Source: Chiloscyllium plagiosum
Lineage: Eukaryota
Length of the DNA stretch: 64,000 nucleotides
Reading direction: 5' to 3'
Assembly (NCBI RefSeq): GCF_004010195.1
Contig: NC_057718.1
Location: forward strand, 101,072,219 to 101,136,218
Position 1 is the stretch's first letter. Every line of letters begins with the position of its first letter. Made by a program: the position numbers and the translations under genes. Shown here one piece after another: positions 51,378 to 63,501 of the stretch. The notes beneath the pieces were generated by a model, which saw nothing but the letters and a program-made list of their open reading frames with translations, was not told the DNA's origin and ran no database searches.

Positions 51378-52274
51378 ATTCGGTCTCTAAACATCTGGTT
51401 AAGAGGATGACATTGTGCATCACTTCACTTTGTATCACAGCGTAATAGACCCAAGATTGTACATTATATATTTTAAGCCTGTGATACTCATTAAAAAAAA
51501 ACAATGACTTCCTTATTTCAGACATTGTCATAGGATCACTTAAAGTGATTGACTTCTCGCTCTGCCACGTGACAGTTGTGTTTACCTCTGTGATGTGTTG
51601 GTTTTGGTACCAAAATTGCCCTTCCTCAGCTGTTTGTTTTCTTCTGTGTTTGGCCCATTAGCTGTATCTGCCAAGTGTGGAGGTGTAGGGAGGGAATCCC
51701 AGAACGTAGGGCTCAGACAGCTGAATGCATGGCTGCTAGTCTTGTTGAGATTGGAACTGGAGTGCACAAGTCTGGTTTTGGGTCTTTTTTTAACTTTCCT
51801 TATTACTTTACACGTATTTCGCATCGAAGTTAGCAGCTTCAGGGGCCAGTTAGGAGTCACATGTAGGCCAGATCAGGTAAAGATGGCAAATCCCATCCAT
51901 GAAGGACTTTAGTGTAACAATTGTTTACGGCAATCAACAATTTTTTACGGCAACCATTAGTTGTTCAATGGTCAGCATTGGACATGCTTTTAATTTTAGA
52001 TTCATTTATTGATTTTAAAACCCCACAGCTGCTGTGGTAGGAATTGAACCAGCATCTCTCAATATTGAGTTCAGTGACATTGCCACTGTGCCATTGTCTA
52101 TCAATTGCCATCCTCAAGTGATTATTTGGGATGTGGGAGATGGACTATTTAGAGGTGGATAGATTCTTGGTCGTCCAAGAGGTGAAAGGTTATTGGGGGT
52201 ATGTGGCGCTGAGGATATAGAGACATCAGACTTAGTGGCGCAGGCTAGAGGGGCTGAATGGCTGACTCACAATC

Positions 52275-52775
52275 CTCAGGCCTACTGCAGCAAAGCTGAC
52301 CACAAGCTGAAAGAATGATACCTCATCTTCCGCTTGAGGCCCCTACGCCCTTCAGGATTCCACATCAAGTTTAACAATTATAGGACATGAACACCACCTT
52401 CCATGTCTGTGGCTCACACCCACACCCCAGGTCCTGTCATGAAGTGGATTGTTGTCTGTACAGCCAACCTGTTTTCACCCACTTATAGTCCCCATTATCA
52501 CCTATTGAGCTTCTCTTCTTGCCTGGCTTACAATCAGCAATCCCTTTGACTGTTCACCTCATGTTTTTTTCTCTCTCTTTTGGTGCTCTGTTTCTACCTA
52601 CTCTTCCTCCCTCCCTGCCCTCCAACCTCCGTCATCAATATAAATACCACCTTTTTCTAGCTGCTATCATTTCTGAAGAAAGGTCGCTGGACCTGAAACG
52701 TTTACTCTATTTCTCTGTCCACCTGCGCTGCCAGATCTGCTGAGTTTCTCGAACAATTTCTGTTTCTGTTTCTGG
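52275..52775 (+). mobile_element. Penelope-like element 3' end with GIY-YIG C-terminus (parent of family B)
   Basis: KLKE*YLIFRLRPLRPSGFHIKFNNYRT*, then 3' UTR, TATAAAT (52639-52645), hammerhead CTGAAGA-A-AGGT-CGCTGG-ACCT-GAAAC-GTT (52673-52702) and family-B tail. Confidence 0.85.
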
Positions 52776-52939
52776 CTTCTCCAGTGGTGCGTGCAATGCA
52801 TACAGTTCTATCTACTTCACAGGACTATCTCTGCCAGACTGATCCCATTTGTCAGCAATAACCCGGGAGGTCAATGAGATATATGAAAAAAGTAGCATTG
52901 TGCCATATAATTGTACTTTGAGCATTTACAGCGTTTCAG

Positions 52940-53810
52940 TGAATGAGTCACAAAACGTTAGTGTACAGGCACAGCAAATAATTCAGAAGGATAATAGAAT
53001 GCTGCCCTTTATTACAGGAGGAATTGAACACAAAAGTCAGGATATTCTGCTTCAGTTATACAGGGCACTTTCTCTGGTGCATGTATGGAATGAGCTGTCA
53101 GAGAAAGTGGTGGAGTTTGGTACAATTGCAACATTTAAAAGGCATCTGGATGGGTATATGGATATGAAGGGTTTGGAGGGATATGGGCCAAATGCTGGCA
53201 AATGGGACTAGATTAATTGAGTATATTTGGTTAGCATGGACGAGTTGGACCGAAGGGTTTGCTTCCGTGCTCTATGACTCAATGCCTTTGTTGCATTGGT
53301 GGGACCACAGCTCAAATATTGTGGACAGTTGTAGCCTCCTTACTGACAGAAGAATGTAAATGCGCAGGAGGTGGGTCGGAGAAGGTTCACTAGAGTTCTC
53401 CTGGAATCACCTGTTTGTCGTATAAGGAAAGGTTAGACAGACTGAGTTTGTTATCACTGGGGTTTCGAACATTGAGGACTGACTTGATTGGAGTACATAA
53501 GATCCTGGATAGTCTTGAGAGGGTGGATGAGGAAATTGTGTTTCCTCTTGTGATTGAGTCCACAATTTGGGGCCACTGTTATAAAATTGGAGCTTGTCCT
53601 TTTAAGACAGGGATGAAGAGGAACTGTTTACCTTCCAAGTGTTGTGCGATTGTGGTACTCTCCAGGAGTGAAGGTGGTGAGATTATTACATTTTTAAGGG
53701 TTAGGCATGATAAATTCTTGTTCGGCAGGGGAATCAAAATGTATTGGGAAAGATAGGAATATGGAATTTGTAACACTAACTGATGAACCATGTTATTATT
53801 GAATGGTGGA
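52940..53810 (+). mobile_element. Old CR1 with a younger CR1 3' end (53072-53282) nested inside
   Basis: LLQLYRAL, then VWNELSEKVVE...ctctatgactc, then cattggtgggaccacagctc...SYKERLDRL. Confidence 0.8.
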
Positions 53811-53843
53811 GCAGATTACTTCTGCCAATTCATATATTCATTG

Positions 53844-54183
53844 GGGTGGCATGGTGGCTCACTGGCTAGTACTGCTGTACCATGGTGCCAGGGACCCACC
53901 CTCGGGCAACTGTCTGTGTGGAGTTTGTATGTTCTCCCCGAGTCTGCGTGGATTTCCTCCGGGTGCTCCGGTTTCCTCCCAAAGTCCAAAGATGTGCAGG
54001 TCAGGTGGATTGGCCATGCTAACTTATCCATATGTCTGTAAGTGTGCAGGCTAAGTGGGTTAGCCATGGGAAATGCAGGGCTATAAGGATAGGTTAGGGA
54101 GATGGGTGGGTTGCTCTTCGGAGGGTTGATGTGGACTTGATGGGCCGAATGGCCTGCTGGCACTCTGTAGGGATTCTATGATT
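53844..54183 (+). mobile_element. HE1-type V-SINE
   Basis: gggtggcatggtggctcactgg head, V-domain and tail. Confidence 0.9.
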
Positions 54184-54211
54184 TGTAAATCTGGTAACTA
54201 TTCTAGTTTTT

Positions 54212-54512
54212 TTTAGATTAGACTACATTACCTACAGTGTGGAAACAGGCCCTTTGACCCAACAGGTCCACACCGACCCTCTGAAGAGTACCCCACTAGG
54301 ACCCATTCCCCTACCCTAAGCTTACCCCTGACTAATGCACCTAACACTATGGGACAATTTAGCATGGTCAATCCACTCTAACCTGCACATCTTTGGATTG
54401 TGGGAGGAAACCGGAGCACCTGGAGGAAACCCACGCAAATTTGGCTGGAATTGAATCTGGGTCCTTGGTGCTGTGAGGCAGCAGTGCTAACCACTGAGCC
54501 ACCGTGCCGCCC
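54212..54512 (-). mobile_element. HE1-type V-SINE (internally deleted) followed by a poly-C run
   Basis: Reverse-complement copy; poly-C at 54509-54531. Confidence 0.9.
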
Positions 54513-54654
54513 CCCCCCCCCCCCCCCCCCCACCTCCCCGTTCACCTCCGACTTCCCCCCGTTCAATTTAGTCCATGCCTCGACATATCAAGAAAACAAT
54601 TTCTGCTGTTCTGCCTGCAGAAAAAGCTAGTCGTGAAAATGAACTCTGGGACCA

Positions 54655-54910
54655 CCAGACCATTAATCCAGAGACTCAGATAGTGTACTGCAGGCCATGG
54701 CTGATAGTGGAATTTGAATTCAACAAAAACAAAACCTGGAATTAAGAGTCTAATAATGGCCATGAAACTGTCATTGCTTGTTGGGGTAAAGCCCATCTGG
54801 TTCACTAATGTCCTTTGAAGAATGAAGTCCTTAGCTGATCTGGTCTATGTGTGACTCAAGACCCGTGAGCAATAAATACTCGCCTAGCCAACAATGTGAG
54901 TTCTGTGAAT
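54655..54910 (+). mobile_element. tRNA-derived SINE (family S2), partial
   Basis: tggaatttgaattcaac...cccatctggttcactaatgtccttt. Confidence 0.75.
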
Positions 54911-55870
54911 TGATATAAAAAACAATTAAAATGGAATAACTGTCCTCAGTTATAGAAAGGAGGCTGTCTGCTGATTTTGGCATTCCCCATCTACATGACT
55001 ATGCAAGTGCCTTTGTTAGTTATCAAAACAATCTAACGTTTTATAGCCACAGGTGTGAGGTGAGGGCCAGTACTCTTTCCTTCCATTTCAGTTGAAGCTA
55101 TTTTAATTCCAAACCTTGCACTCACTTATTGGTGGTGGATCAATACTGCTGTTGAAGACCGACTTAGGTAGATTGATACTATGAATCTTAGAACTAAGAC
55201 TCCAGAGACACTGATTTGTTTGAGTGGATACAGAGAGAGGTTTGAGAAGTTTCACACGTTGTATAATATAGTAGTTCTGAACGGGTGAATCTTCATTACA
55301 TTGGCTCCACCCATTCTCCTAAGTCACATGGTCTGTTGGAAGAGACTAGGATTCTATTCCCGTCTTTAAAGGGGGCAGATGTATTTGTATCAACTCCCCA
55401 TATATGCATGACCTTCTTTCTATCATGCTTATCGTTATGCAATAAACCTCCTTGGTATCTAAGAACAATGCTTCATCTGTGGATATTCTACAGTGGGTTT
55501 TGATCACTCGACATGCTCAAGGTAAAGCAAAAGCAGCATAGGATTGGTGGCAACAAACCACCTCATACAACCCTCATCCAGTAGCACAAATCCCACGGAG
55601 GACCTGGACCAACTGAGAAAGTACTGTAATATCCAGAGAAACTGAAACAGAACCATTTCTGTAGGTTTGATTGACAAAAACTGTGAACCATCTCTAGATC
55701 ATCTCCAGACACAAGCGGAACAATAAGTTCTGCTTTCTCTCATATTGACCGTGGGGATATTTGTGTAACCCTGCTTAAACTTGGACTTTTTCATGTGCCT
55801 TCCTAATCTGTAAAGGTATTTGACCAAACTTTCCTTCTCTCCTTGCGAGGAGTTCCATCGTAGAAAGACT

Positions 55871-56228
55871 CATGTATGGAATGAGCTGCCAGAGGAAATG
55901 GTGGAGGCTGGTACAATTACAACATTTAAAAGGCATCTAGATGAGTATATGAATAGGAAGGGTTTAGAGGGATATGAGGTAAAGACAAGGACTGCAGATG
56001 CTGGATACCAGAGTCTAGATTAGAGTGGTGCTGGAAAAGCACAGCAGGTCAGGCAGCATCCAAGGTGCAGGATGCTGCCTGCCCTGCTGTGTTTTTCCAG
56101 CACCACTCTAATCTAGAGGGATATGAGCCAAGTGCTGGCAAATGGGACTAGATTAATTTAGGATATCTGGTCTGCGTGGATGAGTTGGACTGAAGGGTCT
56201 GTTTCTGTGCTGAATATCTCTGTGACTT
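55871..56228 (+). mobile_element. CR1 3' end interrupted by a PLE fold-back (55979-56113)
   Basis: Perfect 14-bp TSD TAGAGGGATATGAG (55965-55978 and 56114-56127). Confidence 0.9.
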
Positions 56229-56430
56229 CGAGGTGCTGGTGTTGGACTGGGGTGGACAAAGTTAGGAATCACACAACACCAACTTATAATCCAACAGGTT
56301 TGTTTGGAAACATTAGCTTTCGGAGCGCTGTTCCTTTATCAGGTGGACAACTACCTGATGAAGGAGCAGAGCTTCGAAAGCTAAGTTTCCAAATAAACCT
56401 GTTGGACTATACCCTGGTGTTGTGTGATCC
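56229..56430. mobile_element. Penelope-like fold-back insertion (family C) with hammerhead
   Basis: Inverted arms. CTGATGA-A-GGAGC-AGA-GCTTC-GAAA-GC-TA at 56355-56383. Confidence 0.8.
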
Positions 56431-56772
56431 TAGAAAGAGGTAGCGATTGTCTTCTTTATTTACCTTGCTCTGAATCCACCTCGATGTAGCAGTGTATTTC
56501 TTTCTTGAATGCAATGCACTGTTCTACATGTTTCAAGCTCGCTACCCGCCGGTATTGTAGCTGACCCTTCTGAAGCTCCATTGCTTGCTATTCTTTCCAC
56601 AATCCGACTTATTTTGGTCTCTATTATCCTAAATGTATAAATTTCCCATTTGCATGAGTGGTACAGTCTGCCTTACCTGAAGTGATGCATAGAATCCCTA
56701 CAATGCAGATAGAGGCCATTTGGCTCAATATGTCTGTACCAGCTCTCCAAAGAGCATCTCACCCAAACTTAC

Positions 56773-58062
56773 CTGGTCTTCTTCCTATCGGAAGGATGTT
56801 GTGAAACTTGAAAGCGTTCAGAAAAGATTTACAAGGCTGTTGCCAGGGTTGGAGGATTTGAGCTCTAGGGAGAGGCTGAACAGGCTAGGGCTGTTTTTCC
56901 TGGAGTGTCGGAGGCTGAGGGGTGACCTTATAGAGGTTTACAAAATTATGAGGGGCATGGATAGGATAAATAGACAAAGTCTTTTCCCAGGGGTCGGGGA
57001 GTCCAGAGACAGGATGTACATGTATTTGGAAGGGCAAGGACAGATTCGGGATAGTCAACATGGCTTTGTGCGTGGGTAACCATGTCTCACAAACTTGATT
57101 GAGTTTTTTGAAGAAGGAACAAAGAAGATTGATGAGGGCAGAGCAGTAGATGTGATCTATATGGACTTCTGTAAGGCGTTCGACAAGGTTGCCCATGGAA
57201 GACTGATTAGCAAGATTAGATCTCATGGAATACAGGGAGAACTANNNNNNNNNNNNNNNNNNNNNNNNNNNNNNNNNNNNNNNNNNNNNNNNNNNNNNNN
57301 NNNNNNNNNNNNNNNNNNNNNNNNNNNNNNNNNNNNNNNNNNNNNNNNNNNNNNNNNNNNNNNNNNNNNNNNNNNNNNNNNNNNNNNNNNNNNNNNNNNN
57401 NNNNNNNNNNNNNNNNNNNNNNNNNNNNNNNNNNNNNNNNNNNNNNNNNNNNNNNNNNNNNNNNNNNNNNNNNNNNNNNNNNNNNNNNNNNNNNNNNNNN
57501 NNNNNNNNNNNNNNNNNNNNNNNNNNNTGGAATATGCGTGCAATTCTGGTCTCCTTCCTATCGGAAAGATGTTGTGAAACTTGAAAGGGTTTAGAAAAGA
57601 TTTACAAGGATGTTGCCAGGGTTGGAGGATCTGAGCTACAGGGAGAGGCTGAACAGGCTGGAGCTGTTTTACCTGGAGCATCGGAGGCTGAGGGGTGACC
57701 TTATTGAGGTTTACAAAATTATAGGATAAATAGACAAAGTCTTTTCCCTGGGGTTGGGGAGTCCAGAACTGGAGGGCATAGGTTTAGGGTGAGAGGGGAA
57801 AGATATGAAAGAGACCGAAGGGGCAAATTTTTCACGCAGAGGGTGGTACGTGTATGGAATGAGCTGCCAGAGGATGTGGTGGACCATTGCAACATTTAAG
57901 AGGCAATTGGATGAGTATATGAATAGGAAGCATTTGGAGGGATATGGGCCGGGTGCTGGCAGGTGGGACTAGATTGGGTTGGGATATCTGGTCGCCATGG
58001 ACAGGTAGGTCCGAAGGGTCTGTTTCCATGCTGTACATCCCTATGACTTTATGACTCTATAA
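56773..58062 (+). mobile_element. Two young CR1 pieces spanning an assembly gap
   Basis: 3' fragment 56773-57008, RT N-terminal part SQHGFV...AVDVIYMDFCKAFDKV 57010-57244, and 3' fragment 57528-58062. Confidence 0.9.
57245..57527. other. Assembly gap (283 N)
   Basis: Run of N. Confidence 1.
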
Positions 58063-58065
58063 CTC

Positions 58066-58310
58066 CTCATTTCCCCATGGCTAACTCACCCAGCTGACAC
58101 ACCCCTGAACACTATGGGCAATTTAGCATGACCACTTCACCTAACCTGCACATTTTCGGACTGTGGGAGGAAATAGCACCTGGAGGAAATCCACCCAGAC
58201 ATGAGGAGAACATGCAAACTCCATGCAGACAGTCGCCTGTGGCTAGAATTGAACCTGGGTCCCTGGTGCTGGGAGGCAGCAGTGCTAACCACTGAGCCAC
58301 CGTGCCACCC
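58066..58310 (-). mobile_element. HE1-type V-SINE
   Basis: Reverse-complement V-domain and head, ending ccaccgtgccaccc. Confidence 0.85.
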
Positions 58311-60265
58311 AAAATGGGCTGATTCAAATCTGGAAACTGCTACAAAGAGAGAAATTCTGTCACAAAGCATCCAAAGACCCAATCAGTCATAATTCATTCT
58401 GATATCCCTCACATTTCATAGAATCATAGAAAGTAGGCCATTCAGTCTGTGGACTCTACACAGCCTTTCCATTCCTGTACCCTACCCTTGTAACTGTGCA
58501 TTTCCCATGGCTAGCACACCTAGCCTGCACATTTGTTTGCCCCTCTGTTCTCTTGCTGCCATTTCTTGTAACCCTCTTGAAATCTCTTCCTTGGAGATCC
58601 TCCCCACTGCACAGTCCATAAACTGTGATTGCTGGCGGCCAAACAGATTGAAGAACAGCTACCTCGATACATGCGATGACAATAAATCAAACTCAGATTG
58701 AAGTCTCTGTGTTCCCTCCCACTGTAATTTCAAAGGAATTACTGGAGGTAGATGATCATAACAAATGAGTGCTGGAAATAAATTCCATTGATTCCCTGCT
58801 CATTCAACAAGACACTTACGTGAAGAATCAATAGACCCTTTGCTGCACAGCCCTTCTGACAACAACAATCCATTTGGTTCTCCTCCAAAACTCTCACAAG
58901 AGCACACCTTATATTCTTCCTCTGTTTGCTCGCTGGCATTTTTCTGTAAACGAGATGCTGTTGTGAGGCGTCACAATCTGGGTATTTTGCTCGAATTCAG
59001 GTGGCATGATGCAAATCCGGAGTCTGCTCCAAAAAGAAAATGAAGAAAGTATCATTCTGTCAAACCACATTCAAAATTACAAACTGTCAGAATTGATCAG
59101 TTTATTTAGCTAATCCCAGGAGAGGTCATTAATCATCCTAACGTTAACATCATGCTTGTCTACTAAAACAGGTACTGTTTGTGATGGATGCAGCTCTGTA
59201 TGTGGCTAGGTGTGAAGAGGTGTTAACCCTTTGGGAACCTTTGAAAGTCTTCTCTTCTCAATGTATTCCTCACTGTGGCTATAGGACCAGGAAATGTCAC
59301 AATAGACCTCCTTCTCTGCAACTGTATTTTACTCCCACACTCCCAGGAAAGCAGCAAGCAGTGTCGGTGGGTTCCGGAAATTTCCAAGAATGACCCTCCT
59401 GAAAAATAATTCCGAAACGAGATTGGTTTACATTACTATGTCGAGAGTCACAGTATTGAGAAGGAAACATGTTGTCCAGGCATTGCGCCTATTATATAAA
59501 AGCATGCTGGGAAACCGCTCCCAGGTGCCAGCTCCTTAGTAACACTTTGACCAATCAGAGCCATCTTGCCAACCAATCAGCACCCTTTTTCACGCTATGT
59601 AAATAGGCGAAATTTGGCATTCTTGTGTTTCTGTTCTGATGAGTGCAAGACAAGAGTCTTCAGCAGTTTGTTTTTTCTTGGCAATACTCAAGAAATGAGG
59701 TATAGTTAGTTCTTCTATAACACGATGGTTACATTCTTGTGCAATCCTGCGTTATAGAAAAATTGCGCTTAAAGTGTTGGCAATGTAATCGCGTTACAGG
59801 CAACACACGTTTTAACAGTTCACGCTTTAGAAACAGCGTCCCCAATTCATCAATCATGTTACAGCGAATTTGCGTTGACAAAATGCTGAATGATCTGTAT
59901 CTGGTTAATTTCAGGTTGTCAACTTTAAGGAATCTTATTCTCTCTCCTTTTACTGTGTTTTTGTCTTGAGCATCTTTTCTTTTCCTGCAAATCTCCCCAC
60001 TTTTTAAAGTAATGGGGTGAAACCTTCTGCTTGTGTATCCTGATGTGATGTTGACTGAAACATTTCTATTCCTTGATACAGTGGGTGTGCCCTCATATTG
60101 CATTTGTATTTTGGGATATTTGTCCAGTGGGGAAATAAACACCATTCAACAAGACAGAGGGTGAGGACAGTAGGGGCTGGGGAAGATAAGCACAGCATAC
60201 TGGATCACCCCATCTCCAAATAGGAAGTAACTGCACAGCATATATTTAAAGAAGGCTTGATGTTA

Positions 60266-60560
60266 ACAATCCTTTATCTGAGAAGCTCCAAAATCTGAAA
60301 TTTTCTTTTTGGAGTGTGGAGCGTCATTTTGGCATGCGAACAGGTGACCCAACTCCACACCCACTGGAATCCCGTCATTCAGATGTGACGTGGCCCAGCA
60401 CTGACAGGCACCAATTGTGTCTCAGCCCTTATACTATTCACACATGCGTCTGCTGTTAGGTAATTTATTTTAATTTCACTAGCAAAGTGTCATTTATTCC
60501 GAAATCCGAAAAATGCTGAAAAAAAACAACTGACCCCAAAGATTTCAGATAAAGGATTGT
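60266..60560. mobile_element. Non-autonomous DNA transposon (MITE, Tigger/MER46-like)
   Basis: Perfect 16-bp TIRs ACAATCCTTTATCTGA (60266-60281) and TCAGATAAAGGATTGT (60545-60560), with internal tccgaaa repeats. Confidence 0.7.
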
Positions 60561-60626
60561 GTACTTGTATTTCTTTGTGAGTGTACAGATCAGTATTCCC
60601 AGGCTGGATACCAGTTGGTTCCCACT

Positions 60627-60745
60627 TAGAGTCATAGAGTCATACAGCACGGAAACAGACCTTTGGTCCAACCAGTACGTGCCAAATATAACCCCAAACT
60701 AAGCTAGTCCCAACTGCCTGCTCCTAGCCCAAGTCCCACCAAACC
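60627..60745 (-). mobile_element. CR1 3' terminal fragment
   Basis: tagagtcatagagtcatacagcacggaaacagacc. Confidence 0.8.
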
Positions 60746-62367
60746 CACATCAGCCTGTAAAGACAGCAAAGTATTTCTGTCCTGGCCCTCTGCAGTTTAG
60801 TACCAGATCTTTTCTGAAGTCCAGGAATGCCTGAATTCCTGAAGTAGGGAGTCTCTGGTCCCGCACCTACTTGTTCAATATGTCCAAGCATTCTGTAGTG
60901 GATGATCCAGCATTAAGATTGGGCCTGGATCTGTTGGAATCCAGAAAGCTCTGTCTGAAAGATTGATGGAAACCGATTTGCAAGGGGATTGAGGAGGGTG
61001 ACACTTTTACATTTTGGGGGTTAAAGAGTGGGGGTAATGGACCCCGTACAATAGCACTACCTGAAAACATGCACGGCACAAGTGGCCTCCTTGAGTGGTG
61101 TAAATGATGTTATGAACCAGTGTATTCGACTGCAGGCTTAGCAATTGCAATCTCCACCCATCCTGCAACACAATCCGACTCCACTGACGGATCCTGAGCT
61201 CCACATTTTGTGCTATCAATATGGAACTCTGTTAAGCCATACACTGTCATTTGGAAACATTGTGCACTGGGTGAGCAATCGAATGAGATGTTATCTCGCT
61301 AGGAACATACAAAGTAGAAGAAACACATTACAGCATGACGCCTAGTGGTGAGGCGATTACAAAAGTTATTGGAATTTGTACATTACATTCTCTATCACTC
61401 AAGGCCGTACAACGTGAAATTCTTTGTGCATCCCACTCAAAGGTTGGCAGTAGCCTTAATCTGGTTGCTAGAATCCTTCCAGGTCACTGAATACATTGCT
61501 GACAACTTTCCCTTTCATCTTTATTGTGATGAACAAGGCCAGTGTCTCCGTCACTGAGCGCAATAACAATTATATTGCTAGGATTTTAAAGGATATTTGT
61601 CACAAAGCGTGCAGCAGTAGGGTCCTCACTTCAGTAATCTGTTTCTCAGAAGTGGATTTGAAGAATTTTCATTCAGTTCTCAGGCTGTGGGTGTTACCAT
61701 TAAGATTGGCAATTATTGCCTGTCGTAAGATATGACTGCAACTCGCACCTGGTTCTGCTCAGATCTCCTTTCGATAAATGCCAATCCCACTCATTATTCC
61801 TTGGATAGATTTTAAAAATATTTTTGTCAAGTTGTAAAAACTTTGTTCACGGGATGTGGGTGGGACAGCACTTATTTTAAATCATTTGAAAAGGGTGTGT
61901 CAAAGGATGACCACAAAGTCTTGGTGGAAGGGGCTCGATTTTGAGCAACAGCGATGGTTTATTGCATAACAGTAACAGCACGTTAGAGAGGAGTATCTTC
62001 TAAGAGATATTTGTCTCTTTCTCTCTCTCTGCCTCCTTGCACCTATTCGCTCACTCCTTTTCTCTCCACCCCATCTCAGTCATCGTCCTTTTTTCTCTCC
62101 ATAGATGCTGCCAGACCTGCTGAGTTTCTGTTTTTGTGTGTGTTTGCCTTCTGAAAGATGCCAAGTTAACCAAAGCGACCTAATTGTTAACAGTAAGACT
62201 GACAGACCGCAGCAGCGCAAACTGAACTGACTAGATCTTCCCAGAGAGGGTTGCTTATATCCTGGTGGGTGTCTTCAGAGTTAACACTTTCAGGCCAACA
62301 CTCTTACGTAATAGTGTCCATCCCTAGCTACTCATGATTATCTTGTTGAACCGGAACCAGTACAACT

Positions 62368-62646
62368 GGGCGGCACGGTAACTCAGTGGTTAGCACGGCT
62401 GCCTCATAGCACCAGGGACCCAGGTTCAATATCAGCCTTGAGTGACTGACTGTGTGGAGTGGGGTTTCCTCCAGGCATTCCGGTTTCCTCCCACAGTCCA
62501 AAGAAGTGTAAAGTCACATGGATTTGTTATTGGAAATGCAGGATTACAGGGATTGTGGGAGAGCGGTCTGGGTGGGATGCTCTGCGGAGGGTTGGTGTGG
62601 AATCAATGGGCCGAATGGCCTGCACCACACTGTTGGCATTCTATGA
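62368..62646 (+). mobile_element. HE1-type V-SINE (internally deleted)
   Basis: gggcggcacggtaactcagtggttagc head. Confidence 0.85.
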
Positions 62647-63320
62647 ACTGAGTGAGGCCAGCCCCAGAGCTCTGTCAATGATAGGGGTTTGGGACTGGAA
62701 TCGAACATTAGCCGTGACCAGGTTTCCTCCCCTAAAGGAGCCAGGTGGTTTCAATAGTACTGGCAACTCATCTTCCTTCTCAGCTGCTCCGAGGTTGCGC
62801 GCACACTGATTGGCATGCCACGCGTTGACTTCAGCTTTGTAAGTTGCTGATGTGCATTAACCTCACAGGTCCAGGTACTGAAGGAAAAAATTACAAAGCT
62901 CATGGTCACTTCACTGATGACAGTCTTTCTATTTTTGGACTTCTTTGTCAGATTTAAATATATATTTTATGAAGACACTGCACATTACAAAGTGTATTCA
63001 GGAAGTGTGCATTGATGCAGGCAAGTTTTTTTTAGCAGAGATGTCTTGGGAGCAGTGCGGGATTTCATATTGAGGTCACTCATTTGATCTTGGTCTTTAG
63101 GTCCAATACATTGGGAAATGGAAGTTCCTGATAAATGAGTATCAAGTGTCTCATAATTAATGGATGGATTACACTGATTTGCTGCGAATTGTGAAAAAGT
63201 GGTTTGCGTGACTGTAATGCCTCTGATATGAAGCACTACTTGATAACACCTCAGTTTCCCTCCTTGGTCCCCATCGGTGTGGGTGAGAAAGACTCTCATG
63301 CCTTTGACCATTGATTTCTG

Positions 63321-63501
63321 TGTCAAAAAGTGTTGCGCTGGAAAAACACAGCAGGTCAGGCAGCATCCGAGGAGCAGGAGAATCGACATTTCGGGCATAA
63401 GCCTGTTGACTGTCCTGCTCCTCGGATGCAGTCTGACCTGCCATAACAGTGCCGCACTTTTCGACTCTGATCTCCAGCGTCTGCAGTGCCCACTCCCTCT
63501 C
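63321..63501. mobile_element. PLE fold-back insertion (family A, older)
   Basis: Inverted arms; degenerate TSD accattgatttctg / accattattctctg. Confidence 0.75.

Noticed and set aside
59705..59885. Possible Tigger/pogo-like MITE fragment (ctataacacg...gcgttatag)
   Set aside because: Suggestive short palindromes, but no paired TIRs or TSD could be defined.
61630..61672. SVICFSEVDLKNF resembling the MACROD C-terminal IIFCVFLEVDFKIY
   Set aside because: Similarity is weak, there are no convincing splice sites, and the intervening exons (VIHTVGP, FPCISTG) are absent.
3480..63501. Fold-back repeats as MITEs (DNA transposons) or pre-miRNAs
   Set aside because: Arms have unequal, copy-specific ends and variable centres, TSDs are 12-15 bp, single-arm copies exist, and related sequence is contiguous with GIY-YIG-coding PLE ends.
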